Notes under the pieces: generated by a model
Told to the model about the DNA's origin: nothing
The model's database searches: none
Seen by the model: the letters and a program-made list of their open reading frames with translations, nothing else
Program-made: the position numbers and the translations under genes
Assembly: GCF_006345805.1 (NCBI RefSeq)
Contig: NC_043002.1
Span: forward strand, 5,890,001 to 5,954,000
Length of the DNA stretch: 64,000 nucleotides
Reading direction: 5' to 3'
Origin: Octopus sinensis
Lineage: Eukaryota
In this document: one piece after another, positions 51,610 to 64,000 of the stretch
Position numbering within the stretch: the stretch's first letter is position 1
Layout: each line of letters begins with the position of its first letter

Positions 51610-52020
51610 CGGTTTCAAATTTTGGCACAAGGCCAGCAATTTGGGGGAAAGTGTAAATCGATTACATCGACCCCAGTGTTCAACTGGTATTTATTTTATC
51701 GACCCCGAAAGGATGAAAAGCGAAGTCGACCTTTGCTAAAGACGGACGAAATGCCGCCTAGCACTTTGCCCGGCAAGCTAACGATTCGAAGACTATATAT
51801 TGATTTTAAACTTTGTCACACAAAGCCAGCATTTCAAGGGAGGGGGACAGTCGATTACACCGACCCCTAGTACTCAGCTGGTACTTATTTTATCGACCTC
51901 GATAGCACGAAGGGGAAAGCCAACCCCAGTGACATTTGTCTCAGAACATTAAGTCGGAAGAAATTCCGCTAAGCAATTTGTCCAGGGCGGTAACTTTTCT
52001 GTCAGAAAGCCGTCTTATCG
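51610..52020 (-). mobile_element. Two diverged SINE family B variant copies
   Basis: Family B body with GGCCTTGTGCCAAAATTTGAAACC-type tail. Confidence 0.7.
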
Positions 52021-52355
52021 AAGACAATAACTTGATCGATGAATTTTAAAATATTATAAAGAAAAATTAAGAAAACGGTCTTAAATGATCTTTATTCACA
52101 TCTTTAAAAGTGAGTCCATTTGAAGATCATATAACGTATTTACTTTAACGAGTATATTGCATTTCTTACCAGTTCCAACCAATCTTTGCTCTGCTTCTTC
52201 TGGAAGCGGAGATAATTTCAATATATCAAAATCTTTTGTTTTGAATTATTTCATATATTCCTTATTCATCTTTGTGTTCAAATACAGACTCTGGTTCTCT
52301 GACTTATTTCTTTTGTTTTCATTTTTCTTTCATTTGTATATATATATGCTTGTAT

Positions 52356-52401
<46 letters not shown>

Positions 52402-52551
52402 GATTATCGAGTATGTATAAAGGTATTATCGAGTAGTTGATGATTCAAAGAATATCTTCCTCCATTTTCTTATTTTGTATATATATATTATATATGCTTG
52501 TATACATACATGCATACATAAATATATACATATATGTATATATATATATAT

Positions 52552-52629
<78 letters not shown>

Positions 52630-52665
52630 AATTCAAATTGCGATAAAATAAAATAATTATAATCG

Positions 52666-52752
<87 letters not shown>

Positions 52753-53324
52753 GGAGGGTGAGGTGCGTGTGCGTGAAACTGATTTGCGAGGAAAGAAATT
52801 AGTTTAAATAAACTATACATCTGTAGATAGATATACAGATTCACACTGACACGCAGACGCACACATACACACGTACATACACATAAACATACATACACAC
52901 ATATACAGAAATACAGGCTATATATATATATATATATATATATATTATGAGTGTGTGAGTACACAGATATTCTGTATTCATACAAATACACACGCACATA
53001 CACACGCGCTCACATATAAAATATATAACTATATACTGTTGTATTAAAGGTCGCTGCGAGGGCATTGGTGAAACAGATTGGCCTGGTTACGCTCCTTGAA
53101 ATTCAAGTAGGCTGCTCACTAATCTCAACCATCCGTTTTATCTGTTTGCAGTAAGCTTCTCAAACGTCCGGAAATATATTCCCAGCACGGGCCATCTTAT
53201 TAAAAAAAAAAATAACGCAAAAAGCACACGCACACACATATACAAAATTAGTGCATATGATTGCTTCGAATGGAAACCGTCACCAAACTAACTGGACGTC
53301 AATGTTAAGGTCGTAAAGTCGGCG

Positions 53325-53745
53325 AGCTGGCAGAATCGTTAGCACGCCGGGCGAAATGCTTAGCAGTATTTCGTCTGCCGCTACGTTCTGAGTTCAAATT
53401 CCGCCGAGGTCGACTTTGCCTTTCATCCTTTCGGGGTCGATTAAATAAGTACCAGTTACACACTGGGATCGATATAATCGACTTAATCCGTTTGTCTGTC
53501 CTTGTTTGTCCCCTCCATGTTTAGTCCCTTGTGGGCAATAAAGAAATAAGAATCGTTAGCACGCTGGGCAAAATGCTTGGCATTTCGCCCGTCATTATGC
53601 TCGGAGTTCAAATTCTGCTGAGGTCGACTTTGTATTTCAACCTTTTTAGGTCGATAAAATAAGTACCAACTGAATACTAGGGTCGAAGTAATCGACTTAT
53701 CGCGTCCCTCGAAATTGCTGGCCTTGTGCAAAAATTAAAAATCAA
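53325..53745 (+). mobile_element. Two adjacent SINE family B copies (standard and variant tail)
   Basis: Heads at about 53325 and 53549. Confidence 0.85.
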
Positions 53746-53824
53746 TATTAATAAGATTGTAAATAAGTCAGGCAGTGAATTTGCAAAACTGATAATCATG
53801 CATGGCTGCAAACATACAACCAAT

Positions 53825-53863
<39 letters not shown>

Positions 53864-54657
53864 CATACTTATATGCCTACCTAAGTAAATATCTTTATAT
53901 AATAAAAAGTAGTCATGTACAAAAATGTTTTTTTTTTTTTTGCAATCGGTGTGTCCCAGAAGAAAAGCATTGTACATGCATGGGACAAAACCAGGTGAAG
54001 CTACTGCCGTGTTTTGGTCATCATTGGATTGCATTATTCAACCAATGAAATCAATTTTCATCGTTAAATCACATTGTTTCCTTCAGGCCTTCCCAAGTTT
54101 TTTGAATCGTGATCACCTTTTTAAAGAGATTTGTCTTGGCCCACGCTCCGTTTGGTAAAAAAGATTCGACCTCTTTTCTGCTTGAAGGACCTCGCATATT
54201 TCCAGAAAAAAAGAAAGAAAAAAAGTCAACGACCTGCAAGTTTCGTTACGAAAGATCAAACGCATAAAAGTTTCCTCTGTTAGAAAGCTATATATGAGAT
54301 TTTTCATCGGAGGAAACACTCCCTTAAGACAATTCCATCTTATTTCGAAGAAAATGTTAACTAAGTAATGTTTATTCTTTCAGCGAACTAAATTCTATTG
54401 TTCATTTTCATTCGGCAAATTATTTACATATATTTAGCAAAAATTAATAATAAATACATTGATTTCCTTTATCGAAAATAACTAAATAGCTGTTTTTTTC
54501 CAGCCAAATATTGAAATAAATAAGAATCAACAGCAGCTACTGAGTCTTGAAAAATTAAATTAAAACTCAACATTGTTGATATATGGAAAAAAAAAAAAAA
54601 AGAGTTTGAAAGTAATAAATATAAAGCGAAATGTTTTTAAAGAATAGAAAATAATTA

Positions 54658-55076
54658 GGATCTTTTCGGTTTGAACGGCATTTTTTTCTAGCGGTGTCAT
54701 ATGAAATTGTCACCCACAATTATGACTCTAGTATCGATCTATTGCATTTCAATCTGTTTTAGGGTTAGGGTTAGGGGTGGGGGGAAGGGTATCTATTTTC
54801 TTCACAAATGTAAATAAACCCTATCTGTTTCTTAAACGAGGGACATATTCATATGGCACAGAATGTTTTTACCTCAATAGACGTCATTGATTGGTTGAAA
54901 TTGCAGAAATTGAAGAAAAAAAACAACAACAAATATCTTAGAAACTATAGAATTTTCTCAATAAAGCCAAGAGAAAAAGATGTTTTATAAACACATTCTA
55001 CCAGTATACGAAATTTAAAAGTGTTTAGTTACGGGGAAATTATTTTTAAAAACTGCTGTTCAAACCGAAAAGATCC
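54658..55076. mobile_element. 419-bp MITE with about 28-bp TIRs, TA flanks and internal TTAGGG repeats
   Basis: GGATCTTTTCGGTTTGAACGGCA...TGCTGTTCAAACCGAAAAGATCC; TA at 54656-57 and 55077-78. Confidence 0.85.
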
Positions 55077-55262
55077 TAGAAAATAATTATCTCAAATGCA
55101 ACGTTTCCTTGGAAGAAAATTCAAGCTAAAAGTTAGTCTTAAAATAAAAATATTTCACGTGGTTTATTTTAACTGGACAGATTTTGGACCCCTTACAATT
55201 AGTTATTGCATGATTTTTTACTAAAAGATGTTCTTAAAAGTTGCTTTCCAGACTCTCTAAAT

Positions 55263-55418
55263 CAATGGTTCTCAACCATTTTTTTTACCTATGAATACCT
55301 TTGATTCCTATTTTAACTTGGGTGGACCTTCATAGCCATTCAATGTTTAAAACATACTAATATTATATTTTTATGATTAGATATTATTAGGAATTGTATA
55401 AAAGTTGTTAAAATATTC
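55263..55418 (+). mobile_element. hAT-type non-autonomous element left end
   Basis: CAATGGTTCTCAACC resembles CAGTGGTTCTCAAC-type hAT TIRs; no right end seen. Confidence 0.4.
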
Positions 55419-55626
55419 GGATCTTTTCGGTTTGAACGGCAGTTTTTTCTAGCGGTGTCATATGAAATTGTCACCCATAATTATAACCCTAGTATCGATC
55501 TATTGCATTTCAATCTGTTTTAGGGTTAGGGTTAGTTAGGGTTTGGGGTGGAGGGAAGGGTATCTTTTTTTCTTCACAAATGTAAATAAACCCAATCTGT
55601 TTCTTAAACGAGGGGCATATTCATAA

Positions 55627-55629
<3 letters not shown>
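55419..55629. mobile_element. Truncated second copy of the 54658 MITE
   Basis: Same left TIR and body, cut off by (AT)n. Confidence 0.85.
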
Positions 55630-55688
<59 letters not shown>

Positions 55689-55999
55689 TTTTTTAAAATT
55701 ATTTCTCTTTGCAATTTACTTAATCATTGATATTTTATTGTTATTTTAATTTTAATATTTCTGTTATATGTAATTTTCTAGATGGTGTAATTTAATTGTT
55801 CATTTTGAATTGATAAAATGTGTTTTTTTTCTAATTTTTCATATATATATATATATATATTATATTGTGTGAATATATTATTTGATTTAGTATTTCTAAA
55901 TTGAATTTTTTTCCCTGTAAGTTTGGATTTATATTCACTCAAATAATATATATATAGAATGGTTGTATACTGTCAATCTAACACGAACGTGACAGTAGG

Positions 56000-56032
<33 letters not shown>

Positions 56033-56039
56033 TGTACAG

Positions 56040-56139
56040 GAAAGAAGGTAATATTTCGAATGCAGAGCAGAAAGATTGTGTATTATTCCTCGGAGAAAAA
56101 GGTTTCCGTGGCTGTTCATCAACAATTTTTTCCCGTCTT
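56040..56139 (+). CDS. Candidate 100-nt internal exon, unknown protein
   Basis: CTTGTACAG acceptor, GTAAGT donor; phase 2/0 reading KEGNISNAEQKDCVLFLGEKGFRGCSSTIFSRL (a second frame is also open). Confidence 0.4.
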
Positions 56140-56291
56140 GTAAGTGTAATGATACAGGTCTTTCGTCTGTTTTCACGGCTATACCGCGTCTGTACAATAC
56201 AATACATATTCGACACTTCTAAAAACAAATTGAAAGAGTTTTTGCCACTATAAAATGGCTGTTCTATAAAGTTTGTTTACATATATTATTG

Positions 56292-56350
56292 TTCTATACC
56301 GGGAATCGAACCCGGGCCGCCGGGGCGAAAGCCAGGAATCCTAATTACTA
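56292..56350 (-). pseudogene. tRNA-Glu(TTC) pseudogene, 5' acceptor strand missing
   Basis: TAGTAATTAGGATTCCTGGCTTTCGCCCCGGCGGCCCGGGTTCGATTCCCGGTATAGAA closely follows metazoan tRNA-Glu(UUC) from the D arm to the 3' end. Confidence 0.75.
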
Positions 56351-57089
56351 TTATTGTTGCATATATATATATATATATATATATATAATGTATGAAGAAT
56401 ACCACTGTATTGTGCTGGGTTACATATAACTATTCTTCTGAATATTCACCATCACATTGTTAAGTAGCCCCAGACAGCACCAATCGAATAGCTCTTAAAT
56501 AAAAGCCAGCCACGAGTGACTAAAAACCTAAACTTTTTAAGTGCGAACTGTGTTACATTGTCCAATGTGTCTCTTCCTTATAGAAAAATTCAGAATATGA
56601 TTTGAGGAAAATTTGGCTGCTATTACTAGTATGGAAATTAACCACATAGACGCACTTTCATCGTCGAAATCGTTCATCCGCTGTGTAGACATTGTTAGAA
56701 GTTATTTTTTTCAGTTCTCATCTCTTGTTTTGATCTTCCATTAATTTTCTTTGCGCTGTGTCTGTCTGTGTGTCTGCCTGTCAGCCTGTCCCTTTTTTTT
56801 CCTTTTCACTGTCGTTCCCTATTCCAAGTGCAATGACGGAAATATCGCAATGTCTGCTATATCAATTACTGGTTCCGTTCTTTTGATTCCCATGTATCTT
56901 TTGCAAAAAGTTCAGTCGCAAAATTTTGAAAGAAGATTGGATTGCAAAAAAATCCCCGTTCGCTACTGGTGGCGCGAGAAACTGACGCCGCCTCCTCCCT
57001 GCTTGCTGAATGCCGAAACCAAATTCTTGTTTCTGGATTAAGACCCCTTACACCCACATATATTCATAGGTACAAACATACTTTGTGTG

Positions 57090-57800
<711 letters not shown>

Positions 57801-58807
57801 ATGTGAGGGCGGTGTTTGTGTGTGAATCATTCATATGCTAATCATAATTTAATCATGCGCTCATTTGGTAAGAGAAGCGAACACAAGTGTTTTGATGATG
57901 GTAACTCTAGAGATGATGGTGTCGGAGGTAGTGTTGGAGATGGTCCTCATGATTAGGTTTGAGACGGTACTGTTGGCAGTTATGTCTCGCAGGGTGGCGA
58001 TGGTTGTAACACTGAGATTGTGTGAAGGCAGGACATTGTAGTAATATTAGCAGTTTTCTTCTTCTTCTCTTTCTTCTTCTTCTTCTTCTTCTTCTTCTTC
58101 TTCTTCTTCTTCTTCTTCTTCTTCTTCTTCCAGCTCGATTGCGGCAGGTACTGTTTCTACTCGCGAGTGAAAGCAGAGTGGGGTGAACGCTAGGGTCAAA
58201 TATTTTCAAATTTGTAAACTGTATTAAGGGAGAATAAATATCCTCATCACGTTTAATCTACCGCTCTCTCCCTCTCCCCTCTCTCTCTCCCCCCTATATC
58301 TTCCCCCTCTCTCTCTCTCTATATATATATATATACACATATTCACACACACACACACATACATACACATGTACGGAAACACACCTACCTGTAGCTTTTC
58401 ATCTCGATCATTACCAACGCTACCACCATAATACATTCATTCGTACATACAATATTTCCTAGAACTCAAGAGAAAAAAAACAAGCAATGACTACAAAATA
58501 AACCAGCAAAAACACAATACAAGAATTTTGCCCCAATATATATACACATCAGTTTAAAATGAAAAAAATGTGGTCAATAATGATTTTTCCATCAGCTACG
58601 AAAACGAACCCTTAATAATATATATATAAAAAAAAGTGTGGCTTTTCATTTTGATGATTTTGTTTTTGTTTTTCTTTAATAAGCTTTTTTTTTTTTTGAT
58701 ATTCGTTGAAACGTCAGAAGCCAGGCCAACAATTCAACCTCATCATACCAAGTCTTTGCACTTTGAATCTAAACTTTAGGCTCCACCTATTATTAAAATT
58801 AATCTCA

Positions 58808-59135
58808 TTCTTCTTCTTCTTCTTCTTCTTCTTCTTCTTCTTCTTCTTCTTCTTCTTCTTCTTCTTCTTTCATTTTCGTTGTCGGCGGCATAATTTTGTT
58901 GCAAGCTGTATACCCCCACCTTCCATTCAACCACCAAAAAATTTACGTCTCATTTACATAGGTTTCACTTTTATAAATTCTCTTTAGCCACCCACTAATA
59001 TCGATAGTCTTATGTACGGTCGTACGTAAGTATATACTTTTATACATGTATGTATGTATGCATGTATGTATTTGTGTCTGGTTGCGTGTACGTTTCGTAT
59101 GTCAGCGTTTGTTTGATGTTAAAACAATCTCTATT
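58808..59135 (-). repeat. Inverted copy of 5334-5667 including (TTC)n
   Basis: Reverse-complement alignment by eye. Confidence 0.9.
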
Positions 59136-59709
59136 GGGTGACGACTAAGTTCAAAGTTTTTTCTTCGTTAAACTATTTGTCCAATCAGAACATAGACTTG
59201 CTATTATAGTTGTGGCGATGGTAGCAGGAAATGTTATTAATTTTTCATATTTCATTGGTCTGTTGTCATAGTTATTGTGGTTGTGTAAACCCGATTCAGC
59301 CCTGATTGAACAAACATATGATCAAAGACTTTTCGGCCATGACCATCCGGTGTATATTTCTAGATTTAATGCTCCCATTCCCACGAACGTCATCCAATGT
59401 ATTCTTCATTTAAATCGGTAGGATGTGCTTTGAGGGGGCATTTGGTGGTTATTTCTTGTGAGTTGAACGACTGTACAGAGATCATCTCTGTATAGGCCGA
59501 AATTTCATTGGATAAAATTCGGAATCAGAGGAAATTGACGAATGCTTTGAGATTTCATTGGTTTATCTAATGGCTGGAAGAGTGGTGTATACAACATCAA
59601 AGATTTCATTTGAATGTTTGCGATGGTATTCTACTATTGTCGGTACTATTAATGGTGATTGTTCTTATTCTGTTTTCTTTTAATTTTATTTATGCTTCTT
59701 AAATCGCGA

Positions 59710-60555
59710 CAAGTTTGCATAATAGTTAGCATGCCGGACAAAATGCTTAGCTGCTTTTTGTCCGTCTTTACTTTCTGAGTTTAGATTCCGCCGTGGTCAA
59801 CTTTGTCTTTCATCTATTAGGAGTCGATAAAATAAGTACTTGTTGAGTACTGGGGTCGATGTAATCGACTTAGTCCCCACCCGCAAAATGTTTGGCTTTG
59901 TTCTTGGCATCAGGAGATTATTTATGTTTCTTGGCATCAGAAGAAAATAATTTTGCAGTATTCTCCTGGCATTTTATCTTCTAAATTCAAATCCCGTCGA
60001 GGTTAGCTTTGCTCTTCATCCATTCGGATTCGATAAAATAAAGAACTAGTTCAGTACTGAGGTCGGTGTTATTGATTACTCTCCTCCCCTTCCCCTCAAA
60101 ATTGTTGGCTTTGTGCTTAAATCAGAGCTAATTATTTACGGCTTTTTAAGTTGTGATGGAATTGCAGAATTGTTAGCTCGTCGGTCAAAATGCCTTGTGA
60201 TATTTCTTCCGGCTTTAAATATACTGAGTTCAAATCCTATCGAAATCAGCTTCGTCTTTCACTCCTCGAAGATCGATAAATTTAGGGTTCCAGACAAGTA
60301 CCTGTGTCAATTTAATCAACAAACCCAGGATTTTACCAATATTGGTTTCAAATTTTGGCACAGAGCCAGAAATTCCGAGAGGGGGAGTCGATTACATCGA
60401 CCTCAGTGCTTGAAGGGTACTTATTTTATCAACTCCCGATAGAATGAAAGGCAAAGTTGACTTCGGCGGAATTTGAACTCAGAACATAGAGACGGACGAA
60501 ATGCCTCTAAGCATTTTGCCCGACATGCTAAAAATTCTGCCGAGCTCGCCGCTTG
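59710..60555. mobile_element. Cluster of diverged SINE family B variants (three plus, one minus)
   Basis: Repeated degenerate head/body motifs at about 59710, 59960, 60170 (+) and 60340-60555 (-). Confidence 0.7.
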
Positions 60556-60914
60556 ACCTGTACTTAAATTAGAAATAATTATATGTTATTGTTGTTGTTA
60601 TCTTTCCACTCGATCTAAAAACCTGATCATTTCTTGTTTGTTGTTTTATTGTGTTTTACTTTTGTACTGTCCTCAACGTCGTGATTATTATTAAATTGGC
60701 AAAATCGTTAGGTCATCGAACAAAATACTTTAGGGCATTTAGCTACGGTGCTATACGTTAAGCGTTGAAATTCTGCCGAGTACGATTTGGCTTTCCGCCT
60801 ATTCAGCGTCGATAAATAGCTACCAGCTGAGCATCGAGATCGATGTAATCGCTTAACATCTTCCCCACTAAAATGCTGGCCTAGCGCTGGCCTTGAAACT
60901 ATTATCAGTATTGA

Positions 60915-61455
60915 GTGAGAGAGCAGCGCATGCCATCTAAGTGACATTGGGGTACAAATAACGAAGCCCAATATACCCATCATGACTACTCGTCTGATAA
61001 AGGTGCACCAGGCACGTGCATCACAACCATATGTGCGCGACATGGTGTTCACATATCGAGATTAACAGCGCATGAACTTGCAGGTGGGGCCCAGTTAGAA
61101 TTTTCTTCGGTTCGAGTAGCTCGTCTCACTCAAAAGGTCCCCATGTTTCCAGAGGTGAATTACTCAAACCCCAAATAATTCCACTCAACACATGGCTATG
61201 ATGCTCCTCCGCTACTTCTGCTCGTGATCAGAGATGCATATATCGTCAGCTACTAACATACTCAACTGGTTACGGTCAAGCAACTGACAAACATATCTGT
61301 TGTATTGAGCAGAATATTTGCTGTAGCCCATCTTTTATACGAAGACAAAACATATACATGATAGCACTTCTAATCAGCTAAGTTGAGAGGCTATGAAAGC
61401 CATTACCTGGCACTGCATCAGGGCATAGCCACTGCCTGGTACTGCATCAGGGCAT
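60915..61455. mobile_element. Unclassified interspersed repeat with terminal 28-nt tandem duplication
   Basis: GCCA(T/C)T(A/G)CCTGG(C/T)ACTGCATCAGGGCAT twice at the right end; recalled as an abundant octopus repeat. Confidence 0.35.
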
Positions 61456-61905
61456 TTATTATCACCATCATCATCATCATCATTATTATTGTAAAATCGG
61501 TGAACTGGCAGAATCGTTAATACGCCAGGCAAAATGTTTGGCAGCATTTCGTATGCCTCTACGTTCTGAGTTCAAATTCCCTTGATGTATTCAGAGCTAA
61601 ATTCCGTCGCTTTGAAAAATACTAATGTAGAGACGATGCACTCTGATATTAAGGAAACTAAACCCCGACAACAAGGTGAAAGGTTTTGGGTAATCCTACA
61701 TGTCTTACTGTTAAAGGTCTTAGCTCCCGGATTTCTGTTGATTATGAGCGAAAAATGAGAATTTCCCTCGACTAAACTGGACATTCTCATGCATCATCAA
61801 CGTAGTTGAGTACTTCTGAAAGGGGATTATGGTCGGGATGTGACGAACTAGTTGTCAACATTTGATAGCTGATGAAGAAATGACTTGCGTGTGAACCATT
61901 ATATG

Positions 61906-61958
<53 letters not shown>

Positions 61959-61981
61959 GTGTCAAGTCTATTTGCCAACAC

Positions 61982-62336
61982 AATGTGGTAGTCTTACACA
62001 GGACGATGTTACTACTTTTTAGCCCCAGGAAAACATCTTTTCTAGCTGGCTACCGACACATGGTCTGTGTCCGTATAGTGATAGCAAGGGAGTTTATTGC
62101 TTCCTTTCAAGTATTAGCGATACCTGTAGACCAATGGTCTCTGGGTTATTTCCCTTCCGCGGTACAGGACAATCGCGGCACACAGTCGTTGATCGCGTAA
62201 AAAGAAAAACAACAAATTCTAAGTCCCTGACTTTGCTCACAGTATACGGACACAGACCAAGCGTCGGTAGCCAGTTGGAAAAAGATATTTTCCTGGGGCT
62301 AAGAAGTAACATCGTCCTGTGTAAGACTGCCACATT
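61982..62336. mobile_element. MITE-like element with about 110-bp imperfect inverted arms
   Basis: AATGTGG(T/C)AGTCTTACACAGGACGATGTTACT...AGCCCCAGGAAAA mirrored at the right end; no TSD recognised. Confidence 0.75.
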
Positions 62337-62682
62337 CTAGAAACTGTTTTGCTTTCGTATCAAGCGTTGGACCACAAAATACAATAATTTTAGAGTATAT
62401 TCAAGGCTTTACAAATCTCTGTCATCCGACGAAACTCAACTCAAAAGGGAACTGTCTGTCTGTGTGTCCGTCAGTCACTCCCTCTCTCCCTCTTTCTCTC
62501 CTCTTTCAGAAATAATATTTATTGAAATAACAAACTTTCTTACTTTGAATTATCAACCTTTGACTTTTTTCTCCTCTAAACTTTCTTTTATTTCTAATGT
62601 TCTAAAAGACATCTAAAGCTAGAAATTATTTTCATTTTAATTGTTTGTCTAATTTCGAAATGTCACCGTGTTTGTAGTGTGT

Positions 62683-62724
<42 letters not shown>

Positions 62725-62892
62725 CGCGTGTGTGCGCACGTATGTGTGTACACGACTGTCATCCTTTTGCTTTGAAGTTCTTTGTCTTCGAAGACAATGG
62801 TATACAACAAAATTATAGCATTTTTTTCAATTGAAAACCCATAGTAATAAACAATCTCCCGTTTTTATTCTGTTACATACATGACGATTACA

Positions 62893-63235
<343 letters not shown>

Positions 63236-64000
63236 TTTGTCTCTCTATCCATCCAGTTATTTGCTCATTCTTTTATCTGCTTTTCGAAACGAGCCAAAAG
63301 GGACCTCTGCGTAGATGATCATCCAACTAGAAATAGTATAAATCTCCCTCAAATCCCACTCTACTTTGTTAAAAATTAGGACATATAGAGCAATGCAGTT
63401 TTAAATAAGCTGTATGTCTACCACAACCACTTAACGGCATGATGATCACCACCGGAACGCTTCTATTCATGGACATGCGCGATCAATGCTCATTTAAGAC
63501 TAATCAATACCAAAAAACAACTATTCGACAAGTTTATTACAGAAATAAGCCAAAAATATTCCACACTGAATTGCTTAATTAAATATTAAGAAATTGTTTG
63601 CCAAAATAATGCTTCACGGTATTTGTTCCAGCTATTTAAATTCAGAATTAAAATCCCGTCGATGTCAATTTTGTTTTTCATCAAGTATTAATTTTAGTAT
63701 TGGGGTTGATAAAGTCAACGAACCCACATCCCTTAAAAATTGCAGGCTTTGCGTTTAAATCATAAATCATTATTGTGGCAGTTTAATCCCAGATCAGCTT
63801 TGATCGAGTGGCCGTGTTCCACATCCGCAACCGTTCCATGATTTTATGTATCGAGGACTCGGTCACTATATCTAGCACGGTGAGAAACCTGGTAGAAGCT
63901 TCTTTGTTGACTCGGAAATCGGAAACACACATTAGTTTTACAGTGCTGGTGCTGTAGTACCTAATTAGCGCTAATTTGCTGATGCTATTAGTACCCAATT

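Noticed and set aside
63793-63879. 87-nt phase 0/0 exon ISFDRVAVFHIRNRSMILCIEDSVTISST
   Set aside because: Moderate splice sites only, and the region could equally be a decayed minus-strand LINE

Overview
Eukaryotic, AT-rich, repeat-dominated DNA with no prokaryotic operons, rRNA or CRISPR-Cas. The SINE families and (AT)n/(TACA)n/(TATC)n microsatellite load resemble an octopod genome (probably Octopus); this is inference from recalled repeat families, not a database result. Most ORFs in the track are microsatellite artefacts. Supported content: three tRNA-headed SINE families in many copies; decayed DNA transposons (three mariner relics, a rosa/DD41D-type Tc1 element, a pogo/POGK-like element with three nested SINEs, hAT fragments); an L1/Tx1 LINE and a CR1/L2-like fragment; several palindromic MITE-like elements; a 3.7 kb compound (TATG)n satellite; a truncated tRNA-Glu. 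The best candidate for new biology is an intact 194-aa OTU-fold ORF (26884-27468, minus) whose catalytic Cys and His positions are both replaced. It has a plausible CRE, 5'UTR intron and polyA signal, and may be nested antisense in an intron of an unidentified plus-strand gene (phase-compatible candidate exons 25792-25846 and 56040-56139). Also notable are five Penelope-like short repeats with hammerhead-ribozyme-like cores, a long near-perfect foldback, and two inverted duplications. Family names come from motif recognition by eye; boundaries of decayed repeats are approximate.
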